A stretch of DNA of 64,000 nt from an uncultured bacterium (GTDB lineage: Bacteria > CSSED10-310 > CAZUFC01), in NCBI GenBank assembly GCA_964619725.1, contig CAZUFC010000009.1:32001-96000 (forward strand), given 5' to 3'. The notes under the pieces were generated by a model. That model was not told the DNA's origin and did not search any database. It saw nothing but the letters and a program-made list of their open reading frames with translations. Within the stretch, counting starts at the first letter, position 1. Each line of letters starts with the position of its first letter. This document shows, piece after piece, positions 20,409-30,027 of the stretch. Position numbers and translations under genes: made by a program.

Positions 20409-21536
20409 ATGCAATCAAAGAATTGGGCGCAGAAAATCCTCGCGTACGACCACACGAATTGTCAGTTCTTCGGTCGACGGAGAGAAGCATGCGCCAAGTG
20501 CGTAGAATTCTGTCCTCACGATGCGCTGCATAAAGGCGATGCTGTTATTGAAATAGAACCCGACCTCTGCAAAGAATGTGGAGACTGCATCAGCATATGT
20601 CCTACAGGAGCTATGAGCGAACGCGTTTTCAATCGATCAAGTCCGCCGGCGTTAACGGTTCGCGCTGAAGGATGCAAGATATTGTTGATCGATCAGCAAA
20701 ATATAAATATGGAAGATTATTCTTTAACCTCAGAAAACATCGTTTCTGTCCCAAACCTGGGCGCATGGTCTGAGGTGGAATTTTCTGAAGTCTTGATGAT
20801 AACCGGCGCCGATATCGGCGTACTCTATTCATCCAATGAAGCGAAATCAGACTATATCAGACCTTGGCGCAGCGCTGCAGGTTTGATAGGGAAACTTTAT
20901 AAGGCGCTTTTCGGTCGCAACCCCATTCATCTTTTCCATGATGTCGAACGAGCCCTTGAATTCCTCGACGCTCCGAGTAAAATTTCCGGCGGCGGACCGC
21001 CTGCTTGTACCATAACGCACAGAAGCCTGAAAAGAGAGACGTTGCGAGACATCATGGAAATATGGTTCGATGCTGCAGAAAATTTTGAGATGGATGAAGT
21101 CATAGAGAATCCCGATTACGCACGTATCATTTGCGACAGAGAAAAATGTCTGGTCTGCAGCGCATGCGTGAATCAATGTAAAGCGAAAGCCTTAATTCTT
21201 GAAGATCAAAAACGAAAACTCTTGCACAGCCCGATAAAGTGCATGAATTGCGGCGTTTGTGAGAAGATTTGCCCTGAAAAAGCGCTTTCCGCAGAACCTG
21301 GACTTCATCTTAATCCGGGATTCCTTTCAATGACGCTCCTGGCTGAAACTGAAGGAATACCATGCCCGGAATGCGGGAAACTTTTTACTTCCTCCCGAAG
21401 AGCGATACGTGTGGCAGAAAAACTGGATAGAGCGCGCGGCAAGGATCCTGTTCGTAATGAGCTTCTCAGTCTCTGCCCTGATTGCCGTACCAAAAAAGCA
21501 TTCCACTATTACAGCGACTGGACGAGGGAACAATAA
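20409..21536 (+). CDS. Multi-4Fe-4S (polyferredoxin-like) protein associated with FDH
   Basis: Four ferredoxin-like CxxC...CP motifs plus C-terminal CPEC and CPDC. Confidence 0.85.
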   Translation: MQSKNWAQKILAYDHTNCQFFGRRREACAKCVEFCPHDALHKGDAVIEIEPDLCKECGDCISICPTGAMSERVFNRSSPPALTVRAEGCKILLIDQQNINMEDYSLTSENIVSVPNLGAWSEVEFSEVLMITGADIGVLYSSNEAKSDYIRPWRSAAGLIGKLYKALFGRNPIHLFHDVERALEFLDAPSKISGGGPPACTITHRSLKRETLRDIMEIWFDAAENFEMDEVIENPDYARIICDREKCLVCSACVNQCKAKALILEDQKRKLLHSPIKCMNCGVCEKICPEKALSAEPGLHLNPGFLSMTLLAETEGIPCPECGKLFTSSRRAIRVAEKLDRARGKDPVRNELLSLCPDCRTKKAFHYYSDWTREQ

Positions 21537-21539
21537 TAA

Positions 21540-22160
21540 ATGAATCTGGAAACGCGTTATTACTTTTATGATCTTTTCTTTTCTATGTTCGTCCGTGAAC
21601 CGGAGGATAATATAATTTCAGCATGGAGCACGGGTCTTTCGATTGTACGATCAGCATTGCCCGATAGTGAAATTGGACGAGCAGCCGACAACATGATTCA
21701 GTATTTAGATAAAAAAAACGCAACGGAAGCCATACGCGATGAATTCGTCAGACTCTTCTGGTCACCCGTTGGAAATAGGACCCCCCTGACGGCTTCTTAT
21801 TACATGCATGGAAAACTTTTCGGGGAATATCTTGTCCGATTTAGGGAATTCCTTAAAAAAAGTCCATATAAAAGGAAACTCGATTATTGTGAGCCGGAGG
21901 ATACGCTGCCTTTCCATCTTGACCTCATGCGCTCCTTTATAAAAGAAGAGATGAATAGCGTCTGTCCTCTGGAAAAATCGAAATGGCATGCTCTGCAGAA
22001 GGAGCTTGTGATCGATTTTCTCATGGAATGGGTCGAATACGCTTTGAATGCTGTGGCGCAGCACGAGGCCGCGATTTTCTACATTCAGGCGGCGCTTATG
22101 GCGCGATCGTTCTTTGAACTGGAAAAGGACTGTTTATTGGGGGATTATCGAGAATCCTGA
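21540..22160 (+). CDS. TorD/DmsD-family molybdoenzyme chaperone
   Basis: EFVRLF...PLTASYY and EPED motifs; position in the fdh operon. Confidence 0.8.
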   Translation: MNLETRYYFYDLFFSMFVREPEDNIISAWSTGLSIVRSALPDSEIGRAADNMIQYLDKKNATEAIRDEFVRLFWSPVGNRTPLTASYYMHGKLFGEYLVRFREFLKKSPYKRKLDYCEPEDTLPFHLDLMRSFIKEEMNSVCPLEKSKWHALQKELVIDFLMEWVEYALNAVAQHEAAIFYIQAALMARSFFELEKDCLLGDYRES

Positions 22161-22190
22161 CCGGGATAAGTCGTTATCTGTAAACAGAAC

Positions 22191-22718
22191 TTAACCTAAG
22201 TTGAATTTTGCTGAAATACCCAGGTTAATGCCTTCGGTCGGTTTCCTCGTTATCAGATTAACCACCCCGCCCATATTGTTGACGCCGTATAACGCCGATG
22301 CTGCTCCCTTCTCCACAACAAGACGTGAAAGATTCTTTATGGGAAGTTCTGAAAGATCCAAATCTCCGTAATATGGTGAATATATCGGGATCCCGTCCAA
22401 CATGAATACCACTTTTTCCTAATCAAAACCCCGGATCAATACCCGGGCCTCATTTTTCGTCCCTGTCGTTACTACCAGTCCTTTCATGTTCGACAAAGCC
22501 TCAGCAACATTGTCTGCAGTCTCTGAAGTAAATTGGTCCAAATCTTTCGCATCCGTCGTTCGCGCGCTCTTCGATTCCTCTTCTTCAGATATGACTACGA
22601 TTTCTCCCAGATCAAAAACGAGCTTCTCTCCGGTTTCGGCAGCCACTGGACAGATACCCGCTAACACCAAAAAAATCGCTGCAGCGGAAACAACCAAGAA
22701 AAATCTTCCCTTCATCAA
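22191..22718 (-). pseudogene. TonB-dependent receptor remnant (signal peptide and plug only; internal amber stop; barrel missing)
   Basis: Two track ORFs share one frame across TAG at 22421-22419: IRGFD*EKVVFMLDGIP...VEKGAASALYGVNNMGGVVNLITRK (plug motif), then a stop at 22191. Confidence 0.85.
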
Positions 22719-22873
22719 TCAAATCCTCCTTAGGTCAATAAAATAAAACGATCAGAAACAATTTGCACGACTCCATATTACAATCAGCGCACGAAGATCA
22801 TTTTCGATTTCTCCATGCCGGTCGACCGGCAAAACCAATTACCGTCAAACAAAAACGCAGCATCAGCTTATAC

Positions 22874-22897
22874 CGTTATGTTTGCGGGATCATAACG
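22874..22897. promoter_or_regulatory. ModE-type operator upstream of the TonB receptor pseudogene
   Basis: CGTTATG-N10-CATAACG perfect palindrome just downstream of a minus-strand TTGACA (22936)-17-TATTTT promoter. Confidence 0.75.
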
Positions 22898-22983
22898 ATC
22901 GCCGCCTAAAATAATGGATTCTATCTTCTCTGTCAACTCCTTTTTCATGTAAAATTTAATCCGGATTTTGGGATTTGATTAAA

Positions 22984-23418
22984 TCATCCGGTCAGACTTT
23001 GAATGAGGGGAGTTGAATCATCTAAGAAATCTTTTAAACGATCCTGCAACTCCCGGAATACTCTGAGGGTTTTTTCACCGTGTTCCGTCAACCGGGCGCC
23101 GCCTCCGCCTTTACCGCCGGTTCTCGCATTAATGAGAGGTTCATAAGACAACCGGTTCATTGAATCCACAAGTTTCCAGGCATGACGATAGGAAATACCC
23201 ATGGACTGCGCAGCTCCGGTGATGGATCCGTATTCCTCAATACGTTCCAAAAGCGTTATCCTGGCAAAAGAAAGATATGTCTCGTTTTGACGTTCAATCC
23301 ATAATCTTGCTTTGATGGAAGTTTTCTTCTTATCTAAATTCACATCCGGAGGAGCGGGATACTTATCGCGCGGTTTGAAATGGGGTGTTGATTTATGTTT
23401 TTTTTCATGTGATTTCAT
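22984..23418 (-). CDS. ModE-family winged-helix regulator (no Mop/TOBE sensor domain)
   Basis: LLERIEEYGSITGAAQSMGISYRHAWKLVDSMN and TGGKGGGGARLT, the ModE N-terminal signature. Confidence 0.9.
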   Translation of the reverse strand: MKSHEKKHKSTPHFKPRDKYPAPPDVNLDKKKTSIKARLWIERQNETYLSFARITLLERIEEYGSITGAAQSMGISYRHAWKLVDSMNRLSYEPLINARTGGKGGGGARLTEHGEKTLRVFRELQDRLKDFLDDSTPLIQSLTG

Positions 23419-23558
23419 GTCTTCAGCAATATACGATTTGAATTATTTTCGGTCAAGTTGAATCCCAAAAAGGAGGAAAGGATGTGGGAGCCGTATGCAG
23501 GACGGAAAAGTTGAACGAAGGAAATTGGTTGACAAAGGACGGAGGGCATTGTAATCAT

Positions 23559-23590
23559 CTTTCGTTATATTCACTGGGATATAACGAAAG
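23559..23590. promoter_or_regulatory. ModE box upstream of the diheme protein gene
   Basis: CTTTCGTTATAT-N8-ATATAACGAAAG perfect 12-bp palindrome matching the ModE consensus CGTTATAT...ATATAACG; TTGACA at 23529. Confidence 0.85.
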
Positions 23591-23622
23591 TTTTTATTTC
23601 AATGTCATAAGAGGAAGGTCAG

Positions 23623-24765
23623 ATGAAAGTAGAATCAAGTAAAATATTGCAAACAGCAATTTCAGCCGTGGTAATCGCATCTTCACTGTGCTTTGCAGCC
23701 TACGTGGGTCACGAAAACGACCGTGACATGAACGCTTTTTTGAAGGTTTATCCTGCCCTGAAAGGAACGGTCCTGGATGATTGCAGTGTATGCCACAAAG
23801 GCGGCAAAGTTAAGTCAGACGAAGAGAAAGTTCTCGCCGTCAACTCATGTGACTATTGTCATACAGTTTTTAAGGATGAGGGTAAAGGGATAGAATTAAC
23901 TCTTAACGCCTATGGATTGGATTACCATTCAGCGGGTCGAAACGAGGCGGCATTATCTTCGATAGCTGATAAGGATTCGGATGGTGACGGTTATGCTAAT
24001 TCGATTGAGATAAAGGAAAGAACATTACCGGGGGCGTCGTGGAGTTCGCAGGAGAAATCTACCGCGGAGCATGTGATTTTTTCGCTTGAGGAAATGAAAA
24101 AGCTGATGCCGGTGGTGAAATACACTATTTTCGTGAACGTTCATAAATCTGCGGACGGCGATACCTACAACACTTACGAGGGCTTCAGAATGGTAGACAT
24201 TCTGGAGACGGCCGGCATTTCAGATAAGGCTGAATCTATAGACGTTTTTGCTGCGGACGGTTACCGAAAGACGTTCCTTTTGAAGCAGTTAAGGCAAGTA
24301 TATAAACAAGGTTCTCCGGTTTTCGGACTTGGAAGAGAGGATTTGGGTGAATGCGGATGGGTCGGTTACGGGGGAGAGAATTTAAAAGAGGGTGAATCCC
24401 TGCCAGCTGCGCAATTCATTCTGGCTTTCAAGAAAAACGGAAAAAAACTGACCCATGCAGTATTTAATCCGAAAACGGGAAAAATTAACGGTGAAGGACC
24501 GTTTAGATGTATTTTGCCTCAATCGAAATTTTCTCCGCCAGATATTTCTGAATACGCAACGCAAGAGTGCGTGGAAAAGGTGGATCCGAGATACCGGTAT
24601 AACGAGAAATATGAAAAAAATGCGGATTTTGCCGTAAAAGCCGTTACAGCCATAAGAATAAATCCTCTGCCGGACGGAAGGCAGGATTTTCCCTGGCAGG
24701 AAGAAGCGCTGAGATATTTATCAGAAGAAAAAATATTGATTTATGGTGCGACGGCAGGCGACTAG
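23623..24765 (+). CDS. Exported diheme c-type cytochrome with GEGP motif
   Basis: Signal peptide; two CxxCH motifs (CSVCH, CDYCH); DSDGDG; NGEGPFR motif in the C-half. Confidence 0.75.
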   Translation: MKVESSKILQTAISAVVIASSLCFAAYVGHENDRDMNAFLKVYPALKGTVLDDCSVCHKGGKVKSDEEKVLAVNSCDYCHTVFKDEGKGIELTLNAYGLDYHSAGRNEAALSSIADKDSDGDGYANSIEIKERTLPGASWSSQEKSTAEHVIFSLEEMKKLMPVVKYTIFVNVHKSADGDTYNTYEGFRMVDILETAGISDKAESIDVFAADGYRKTFLLKQLRQVYKQGSPVFGLGREDLGECGWVGYGGENLKEGESLPAAQFILAFKKNGKKLTHAVFNPKTGKINGEGPFRCILPQSKFSPPDISEYATQECVEKVDPRYRYNEKYEKNADFAVKAVTAIRINPLPDGRQDFPWQEEALRYLSEEKILIYGATAGD

Positions 24766-24774
24766 CGAGCGCCC

Positions 24775-24833
24775 GTCCACAAACGGCCAATTTTACTCAA
24801 TGCTCCACAAGGCAGCAGATTTGCTCAGTCATC
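24775..24833. repeat. Dispersed palindromic intergenic element, partial copy B
   Basis: GTCCACAAACGGCCAATTTTACTCAATGCT...AGATTTGCTCAGTCA resembles the left half of 36421-36555. Confidence 0.5.
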
Positions 24834-24995
24834 ATCCGGACATCACTATGCTCCTGACATAAAAACGGATTTTTGATTTCCTAAACGTTTTTCAGTAATA
24901 AAACATGTAAGGCTTACAGAAAATGCAATGTGCATTTTTAAAGCCGGAATTTTCATTGTTCATCAACGGCAAACATCATTTTGCGGCTTTAGAAG

Positions 24996-26114
24996 GTGAG
25001 TAAAATGAATCGTTTATCCTTTTTGATTCTCATGTGCGTCGTATTATCGGCAGTATCGGTTGAGGCTCAGACAGTTTATGAAGCCGGTTGGGCGATTGAG
25101 GTTTTCTCTGAAGTGGAAGCGCCATCGGTCGGCATTGATTTCGATCCTTTGGACAATGTTTATGTCGCCAACTGCGGAAGTCATTACGTCACCATCCCGG
25201 TCTGGAAAATAAATCCTCAGGGCACGCCGGCGCCTTTCGGCGATTCCATTGTCTGCGGCGATTCTCTCGCTATGGATTCCAATTATCTCCTTCACGCCGG
25301 CAGCGGCCAGGGTCAGGTGTTCAAAATTTACTCCGACGGCACGACGGAACTTTTCGTGCAAGGCGGCGGATTGAACAACGTCAATGGCCTGGATTTCGAC
25401 TCCAACAACATCCTATACGCCGCAAATTCAAGTACCGGCGTCATTTCCAAAATTCTCACCGACGGTTCAATATCCACCTTCGTCACAGGTATCACCGGAG
25501 CCTGCGGCCTGGCTGTCGACAATTTCGATTACATCTACACAGCCGCTTCATCCAGCGGGACAGTTTTCAGAATATCGCCTTCAGGCATATCCGAAACTTA
25601 CATAACATTGCCTTCCAGCGGCGTATGCGGCCTGGCTTTCGATCACGAAAATAACTTATACGCATCGAGCAACAATGCCGGCACAGTTTATAAAATCACT
25701 CCCGACCGGACCATAACGCTGTTCGCAGACGGCTTCGATAATCCTTTGGGTTTAGGCATTGACCCATACAATCGTATTTACCTGGCCGACAACGATGACT
25801 ACATCGTTTACCGCTTCGTACCCTTAACTCCCACACCCAGTTCCACTCCTTCCCCCACCCTTTCGCCCACTTCACCCCCTACGCATACTCCTACTTTATC
25901 GCCTACAGATTCTCCAACCTTCTCACCCACCGTTTCACCCACTCTTACAGCCTCCCTGACTCCTTCCGCTTCTCCATCTCCAACCATCACCCTCACGCCT
26001 ACCATTACCGCCGAACCGTCACCCCAACCCATTCCAACTTTCGGCAAAACCGGCATTATCCTCCTGATTCTCTTCTTCGGCGTTTCCCTCATATTTTATA
26101 GATCGCAACCCTGA
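24996..26114 (+). CDS. Secreted NHL/SMP-30-like beta-propeller with Pro/Thr linker and IPTL-CTERM-like anchor
   Basis: Signal peptide; six GxxxDxxxxxYxA repeats; [10 protein letters not shown] linker; tail [24 protein letters not shown]. Confidence 0.8.
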   Translation: MSKMNRLSFLILMCVVLSAVSVEAQTVYEAGWAIEVFSEVEAPSVGIDFDPLDNVYVANCGSHYVTIPVWKINPQGTPAPFGDSIVCGDSLAMDSNYLLHAGSGQGQVFKIYSDGTTELFVQGGGLNNVNGLDFDSNNILYAANSSTGVISKILTDGSISTFVTGITGACGLAVDNFDYIYTAASSSGTVFRISPSGISETYITLPSSGVCGLAFDHENNLYASSNNAGTVYKITPDRTITLFADGFDNPLGLGIDPYNRIYLADNDDYIVYRFVPLTPTPSSTPSPTLSPTSPPTHTPTLSPTDSPTFSPTVSPTLTASLTPSASPSPTITLTPTITAEPSPQPIPTFGKTGIILLILFFGVSLIFYRSQP

Positions 26115-26363
26115 AGCCGGCCGGCCGGAGCTTCCCTTCGAATACAGTTCTGGGCCGGAATGACCTGACTGCACTGATCCTATATTGGGCGGACCTATAA
26201 AAAAGTTAAGAAATTGCAAAAAATCGGCCTGCAATGAACACTCGCAACAGGTTTTGTATAAGAAATACGGGCTAATTTTTCGTGTGATAGACAATTAGCC
26301 TCTTCGGCGCCGATCAAACCGGGGTTACACTTTTTCGAAACTTTTGACAATTTGTTTCACTAG

Positions 26364-26411
26364 TCGGGGTCGGTATCGGGGTCAGGGTCGATATCGCAAT
26401 CGCAATCGAAA
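26364..26411. repeat. 6-bp periodic tandem microrepeat (TCGNNN)x8
   Basis: tcgggg tcggta tcgggg tcaggg tcgata tcgcaa tcgcaa tcgaaa. Confidence 0.7.
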
Positions 26412-26474
26412 CACGATGGATGATTCTGTCAGATTGTAACCTCAAAGGACGCATTTTTGATCAATGCCCCCTCT

Positions 26475-27740
26475 TCACTTACCGAACAACCGCGACAACA
26501 GATACCGGCCTTTCTTATGTTTCAAAATATAACGCATAAAAAGCGCGTAATAGATCAATTTTTCTCTTTCAGGCGGAATCACCGGCATGGTCTTGTCTGC
26601 ACAAGCTTCCAAACAGCTTTTTATCACATCTTCCATTTTCTCCCCGTGACGTTGCCATGAAAAGCGCCCTGAATTTTTCACAGCCTCTCTGCCAAGATTC
26701 TCTCTTTTTCCTCTGTCGCGGCTCAAATCTTTCACCGCCTGAATGAATGAATCAAAATCGTCCGCCAGAATTCCGCCGCTTCGAATCACTTCCCTATGCA
26801 CGGCGGTTCCGTAAGCGATGATGGGAGTTCCCTGATGCTGAGCCTCCAGAAGCGGCAGGTTAAAACCTTCCCAACGGCTTGGAGAGATGAACACGTCTGC
26901 GGCTTTGTATAAAACCGGCATGACTTCCTTTTCTACATTCGCCAGCGGAAGGATGTTTTTTCTCCTTAAATGCTCCATTTTCGTCTCATCCCCTCTTCCC
27001 GCCGCAATAAGCTCAATATCCGGCATTGAAGACAGGGCCGGCGCTATTTCATCCGTCAGTTGCCTCAAGCCTTTGTAAGGTTGAGGGTCCGGGTCCCATT
27101 CAAGACGTCCGACGAACAGAACGGCAGTCCTGTCTTCAGCTATCCCCAATTTCTTTCTTAAATCCCGGGCTTCCTCCTCACTCACCCTTTTATAATGATC
27201 CGCGCCGTTGTGAACGACCTCGGTTTCGCCTTGCACTTTTTCCGGAAAACTCTGCCTGATGAAGTCGGAAATAGCGACTGTCCGGTCGTATTCTCCGCTT
27301 TTTCCGTAAACATGAGCCGTCCGGTAATAAGTCAGCCAGTCCAGCTCGAAACCCGGCCGTTCGTCGAACCATTTTCCGGGCGGCGTTCCATGTTCCCAGA
27401 ATATCACCGGTTTGCTCAACGCTCTTCGCCACATATTAAAGGGAGGACTGTGCGCTATCCAGACGTCTCTGTTCTGCCGCTCCAGCCATTGTGTCGCCTC
27501 TTTTCTGAACGGCATGCCGAATGGACGCTCAGCAGATTTTATTTCACCTCTCAAATCGATGACCCTGTAAGGCACGGCATCATACAAAGAATCCTTGCGG
27601 CATGTGTAAACGCCCACATCATATCGCTTTTTCGCCAGATGCTGCGCCTGCATGTCCGCAACCAGATCGACGCCGTATCCCAGGAGCATTCTTTCCGTTA
27701 GTATTCCTATTTTATGCATGTGATGTTTGGAGTCCTTCAA
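26475..27740 (-). CDS. Glycosyltransferase family 4 (GT-B)
   Basis: VLFVGRL, YKG, ADVFISPSRWEGFNLPLLEAQHQGTP, FSW. Confidence 0.9.
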   Translation of the reverse strand: MKDSKHHMHKIGILTERMLLGYGVDLVADMQAQHLAKKRYDVGVYTCRKDSLYDAVPYRVIDLRGEIKSAERPFGMPFRKEATQWLERQNRDVWIAHSPPFNMWRRALSKPVIFWEHGTPPGKWFDERPGFELDWLTYYRTAHVYGKSGEYDRTVAISDFIRQSFPEKVQGETEVVHNGADHYKRVSEEEARDLRKKLGIAEDRTAVLFVGRLEWDPDPQPYKGLRQLTDEIAPALSSMPDIELIAAGRGDETKMEHLRRKNILPLANVEKEVMPVLYKAADVFISPSRWEGFNLPLLEAQHQGTPIIAYGTAVHREVIRSGGILADDFDSFIQAVKDLSRDRGKRENLGREAVKNSGRFSWQRHGEKMEDVIKSCLEACADKTMPVIPPEREKLIYYALFMRYILKHKKGRYLLSRLFGK

Positions 27741-28027
27741 CTCTGGTCTGAATGGTCTTTCAGCAGGATCAATTCCGTTCTGCAGAGCAGTTCCGGTATT
27801 TCTTCAGCTTCCTGCGGGTCAGCTCCCCACTTGTTCTGCAGTTGTTCCTTTAAATCGGCATCTCCGTAATGTTGTAGGGCATAGAGAAAAGGGGGGTCCA
27901 GCCAGAACTGGGAACCGTTGTTTTTTATGACTAGTGTGTGCACCGCGCCGGAAAATTCCGCCTGGTCCTGTTCAATCCGGCAATTCAGCACATATTGTTT
28001 CTTTGTTTCCCTATTATTTCGACACAT
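27737..28027 (-). CDS. Small hypothetical protein (possibly PqqD/wHTH-like)
   Basis: Likely start MCRNN at 28027; overlaps both neighbouring genes, suggesting translational coupling; fold guess is weak. Confidence 0.5.
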   Translation of the reverse strand: MCRNNRETKKQYVLNCRIEQDQAEFSGAVHTLVIKNNGSQFWLDPPFLYALQHYGDADLKEQLQNKWGADPQEAEEIPELLCRTELILLKDHSDQS

Positions 28028-29234
28028 ATTTCCAGCGAACGGGAATGGATACGCAACCGTATTTTTCTTTGGTGCCGCCTTCCAGGATGGTGAAGGGATA
28101 GAGACGTTCATGATGATCGTAGGGATGTTCGCAGGAATGGTCGTAAACCACGGTTGAAAAGTAATATGTTCCAGGCATTAGCGGCACGGAGTCTATAATG
28201 TGAAGGACTGAGCCTTCTCCTTCGATGGAGTCTATGACGCAGTCGTTTATTTTTGTATTGGGACCGTTGATGTGAACGCCGTCGTTTCGATGAATGGCGC
28301 ATCCGAAGACGGGTTTTTTAATTTTCTTTTTGGCGGAATAGTCGATTTTCACCTGTATGACGTCGCCCGTCTTGAACTGGTATTTTTCACGCATCTTATG
28401 ATCGTAAAAACGAACGCCGGTAATTTCCACCTCCCTCGATCCCCATCGCTCCTCCATTTCCTGCAGTATTTCCTTGTGAGTCACTTCCAGTTCTTCCGCT
28501 TTTTCCTGCGTTACCATCTGTTTATAAAAATCAATGACCCGTTCCGTGGTCCCTTCAGCCGCCAGTTTTCCTTTGTGCAGCCATACGGCCCTGTCGCACA
28601 GAGTTTTAACGGCTTCCAGATCATGCGAAACCAGGATGATGGTTTTTCCGGCCCTTCTGAATTCCTGTATCTTTTCTATGCATTTGTTGTGGAAAGCCTG
28701 ATCGCCCACAGCCAACACCTCGTCAATGACCAGGATATCCGGGTCCTGGTGCACTGCGATAGCGAATCCCAGTCGCATGTACATTCCGGAACTGTAATGT
28801 TTCACCGGGGTTTCCAGGAACTGCTCCAGTTCTGAAAAGGATACGATTTTCTTATAGTTGCGGTCTATGTCGGAACGGGATAATCCCATGATGGAACCGT
28901 TCAGATAGATGTTCTCGCGCCCGGTCAATTCGGGCTGGAATCCCGCGCCGAGTTCCAGCAGGGCCGAAACGCGTCCCCGGGTGATCACTTCCCCGCGGTC
29001 AGGTTTCAATATGCCGGTTATGACCTTCAACAAAGTCGATTTTCCTGAGCCGTTTTCTCCTATGATACCCAGCATTTCGCCGGGTTTAACTTTAAAACTG
29101 ATGTCCTGCAGCGCCCAGAACATCTTTGAACGACGCTTTCCCTTTAAATAATCTATCAGCGCCCAGCGCAGAAAACGGTCCTTCTCCCGGTACATACGAA
29201 ATTTAACGCCAACATCTCGACACTCGAATATCAT
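28014..29234 (-). CDS. wzt: Polysaccharide ABC exporter ATPase with C-terminal carbohydrate-binding domain
   Basis: GENGSGKST, LELGAGFQPELTGRENI, YSSGMYMRLGFA, DEVLAVGD; C-terminal WGS...Wzt_C-like domain. Confidence 0.92.
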   Translation of the reverse strand: MIFECRDVGVKFRMYREKDRFLRWALIDYLKGKRRSKMFWALQDISFKVKPGEMLGIIGENGSGKSTLLKVITGILKPDRGEVITRGRVSALLELGAGFQPELTGRENIYLNGSIMGLSRSDIDRNYKKIVSFSELEQFLETPVKHYSSGMYMRLGFAIAVHQDPDILVIDEVLAVGDQAFHNKCIEKIQEFRRAGKTIILVSHDLEAVKTLCDRAVWLHKGKLAAEGTTERVIDFYKQMVTQEKAEELEVTHKEILQEMEERWGSREVEITGVRFYDHKMREKYQFKTGDVIQVKIDYSAKKKIKKPVFGCAIHRNDGVHINGPNTKINDCVIDSIEGEGSVLHIIDSVPLMPGTYYFSTVVYDHSCEHPYDHHERLYPFTILEGGTKEKYGCVSIPVRWKYVSK

Positions 29235-29235
29235 T

Positions 29236-30027
29236 TTATATCTCTTTTATGAATTTAGGCTCAAGCCGGCAGAAAATCATGTAACCCAATACGAAAACAA
29301 GAAATGATATGCCTCCAGCGAAAACAAAGGATTTCCAGGGCGGAAAAATGCCGTACAGCAAGGCATGCCTGTAAAGCTCCGTGATATCCACCAGGGGGTT
29401 CAAACGATAAAAGGTCAAATAATATTCCGACAGAAAACGTTCGACGTAAGAGAGCGGATAAATGATGGGAACGGCATAAAACCACATGGTCAGTATTATT
29501 TCCAGTATGTGAATGATGTCTTTGAAAAACACGGTCAGCGCAGAAACGATAAACGCTACGCCCCACGAAAACAGCAGGTGAAACAGTATCACCAGCGGCA
29601 GGATATAAAAAACTCTCGAAACAGGTTGACGGTAAAACAGAAACAGCAATCCCAGCACGATCAGAGACAGCAGCAGGTTGATCAGATTCGATATCGTCGT
29701 CGATATGGGTATTATTTCACGGGGAAAATAGACCTTCTTCAGCAGGTTCGCATTCTCTATTATGCCGTTGGCCGACATGGAGACGGAATTGGCAAAAAAC
29801 AGCCAGGGCAACAATCCGCACAGCAGAAACAAGGCGAAAGGATAGTCAACTTTTATCCTTATTATGAAGGAGAAAACGAATGTGTAAACGACCATCATCA
29901 TTAACGGCGTCAGCAAAGACCACAGAAATCCCAGGAAAGAACTCTTGTATTTCAGTTTCAAATTGCGGATCACGAAGCCGGCGATGAGTTCGCGATATCG
30001 CCACAGCAGCAGAAATCGACGGATCAT
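29236..30027 (-). CDS. wzm: Polysaccharide ABC exporter permease
   Basis: LKLKYKSSFLGFLWSLLTPL, LLKKVYFPRE, FYAVPIIYP and LNP motifs. Confidence 0.92.
   Translation of the reverse strand: MIRRFLLLWRYRELIAGFVIRNLKLKYKSSFLGFLWSLLTPLMMMVVYTFVFSFIIRIKVDYPFALFLLCGLLPWLFFANSVSMSANGIIENANLLKKVYFPREIIPISTTISNLINLLLSLIVLGLLFLFYRQPVSRVFYILPLVILFHLLFSWGVAFIVSALTVFFKDIIHILEIILTMWFYAVPIIYPLSYVERFLSEYYLTFYRLNPLVDITELYRHALLYGIFPPWKSFVFAGGISFLVFVLGYMIFCRLEPKFIKEI

Noticed and set aside
22419-22421. Pyrrolysine or amber read-through in the TonB receptor gene
   Set aside because: Even with read-through the protein ends after the plug, and no pyl genes are in the window; a nonsense mutation is simpler.
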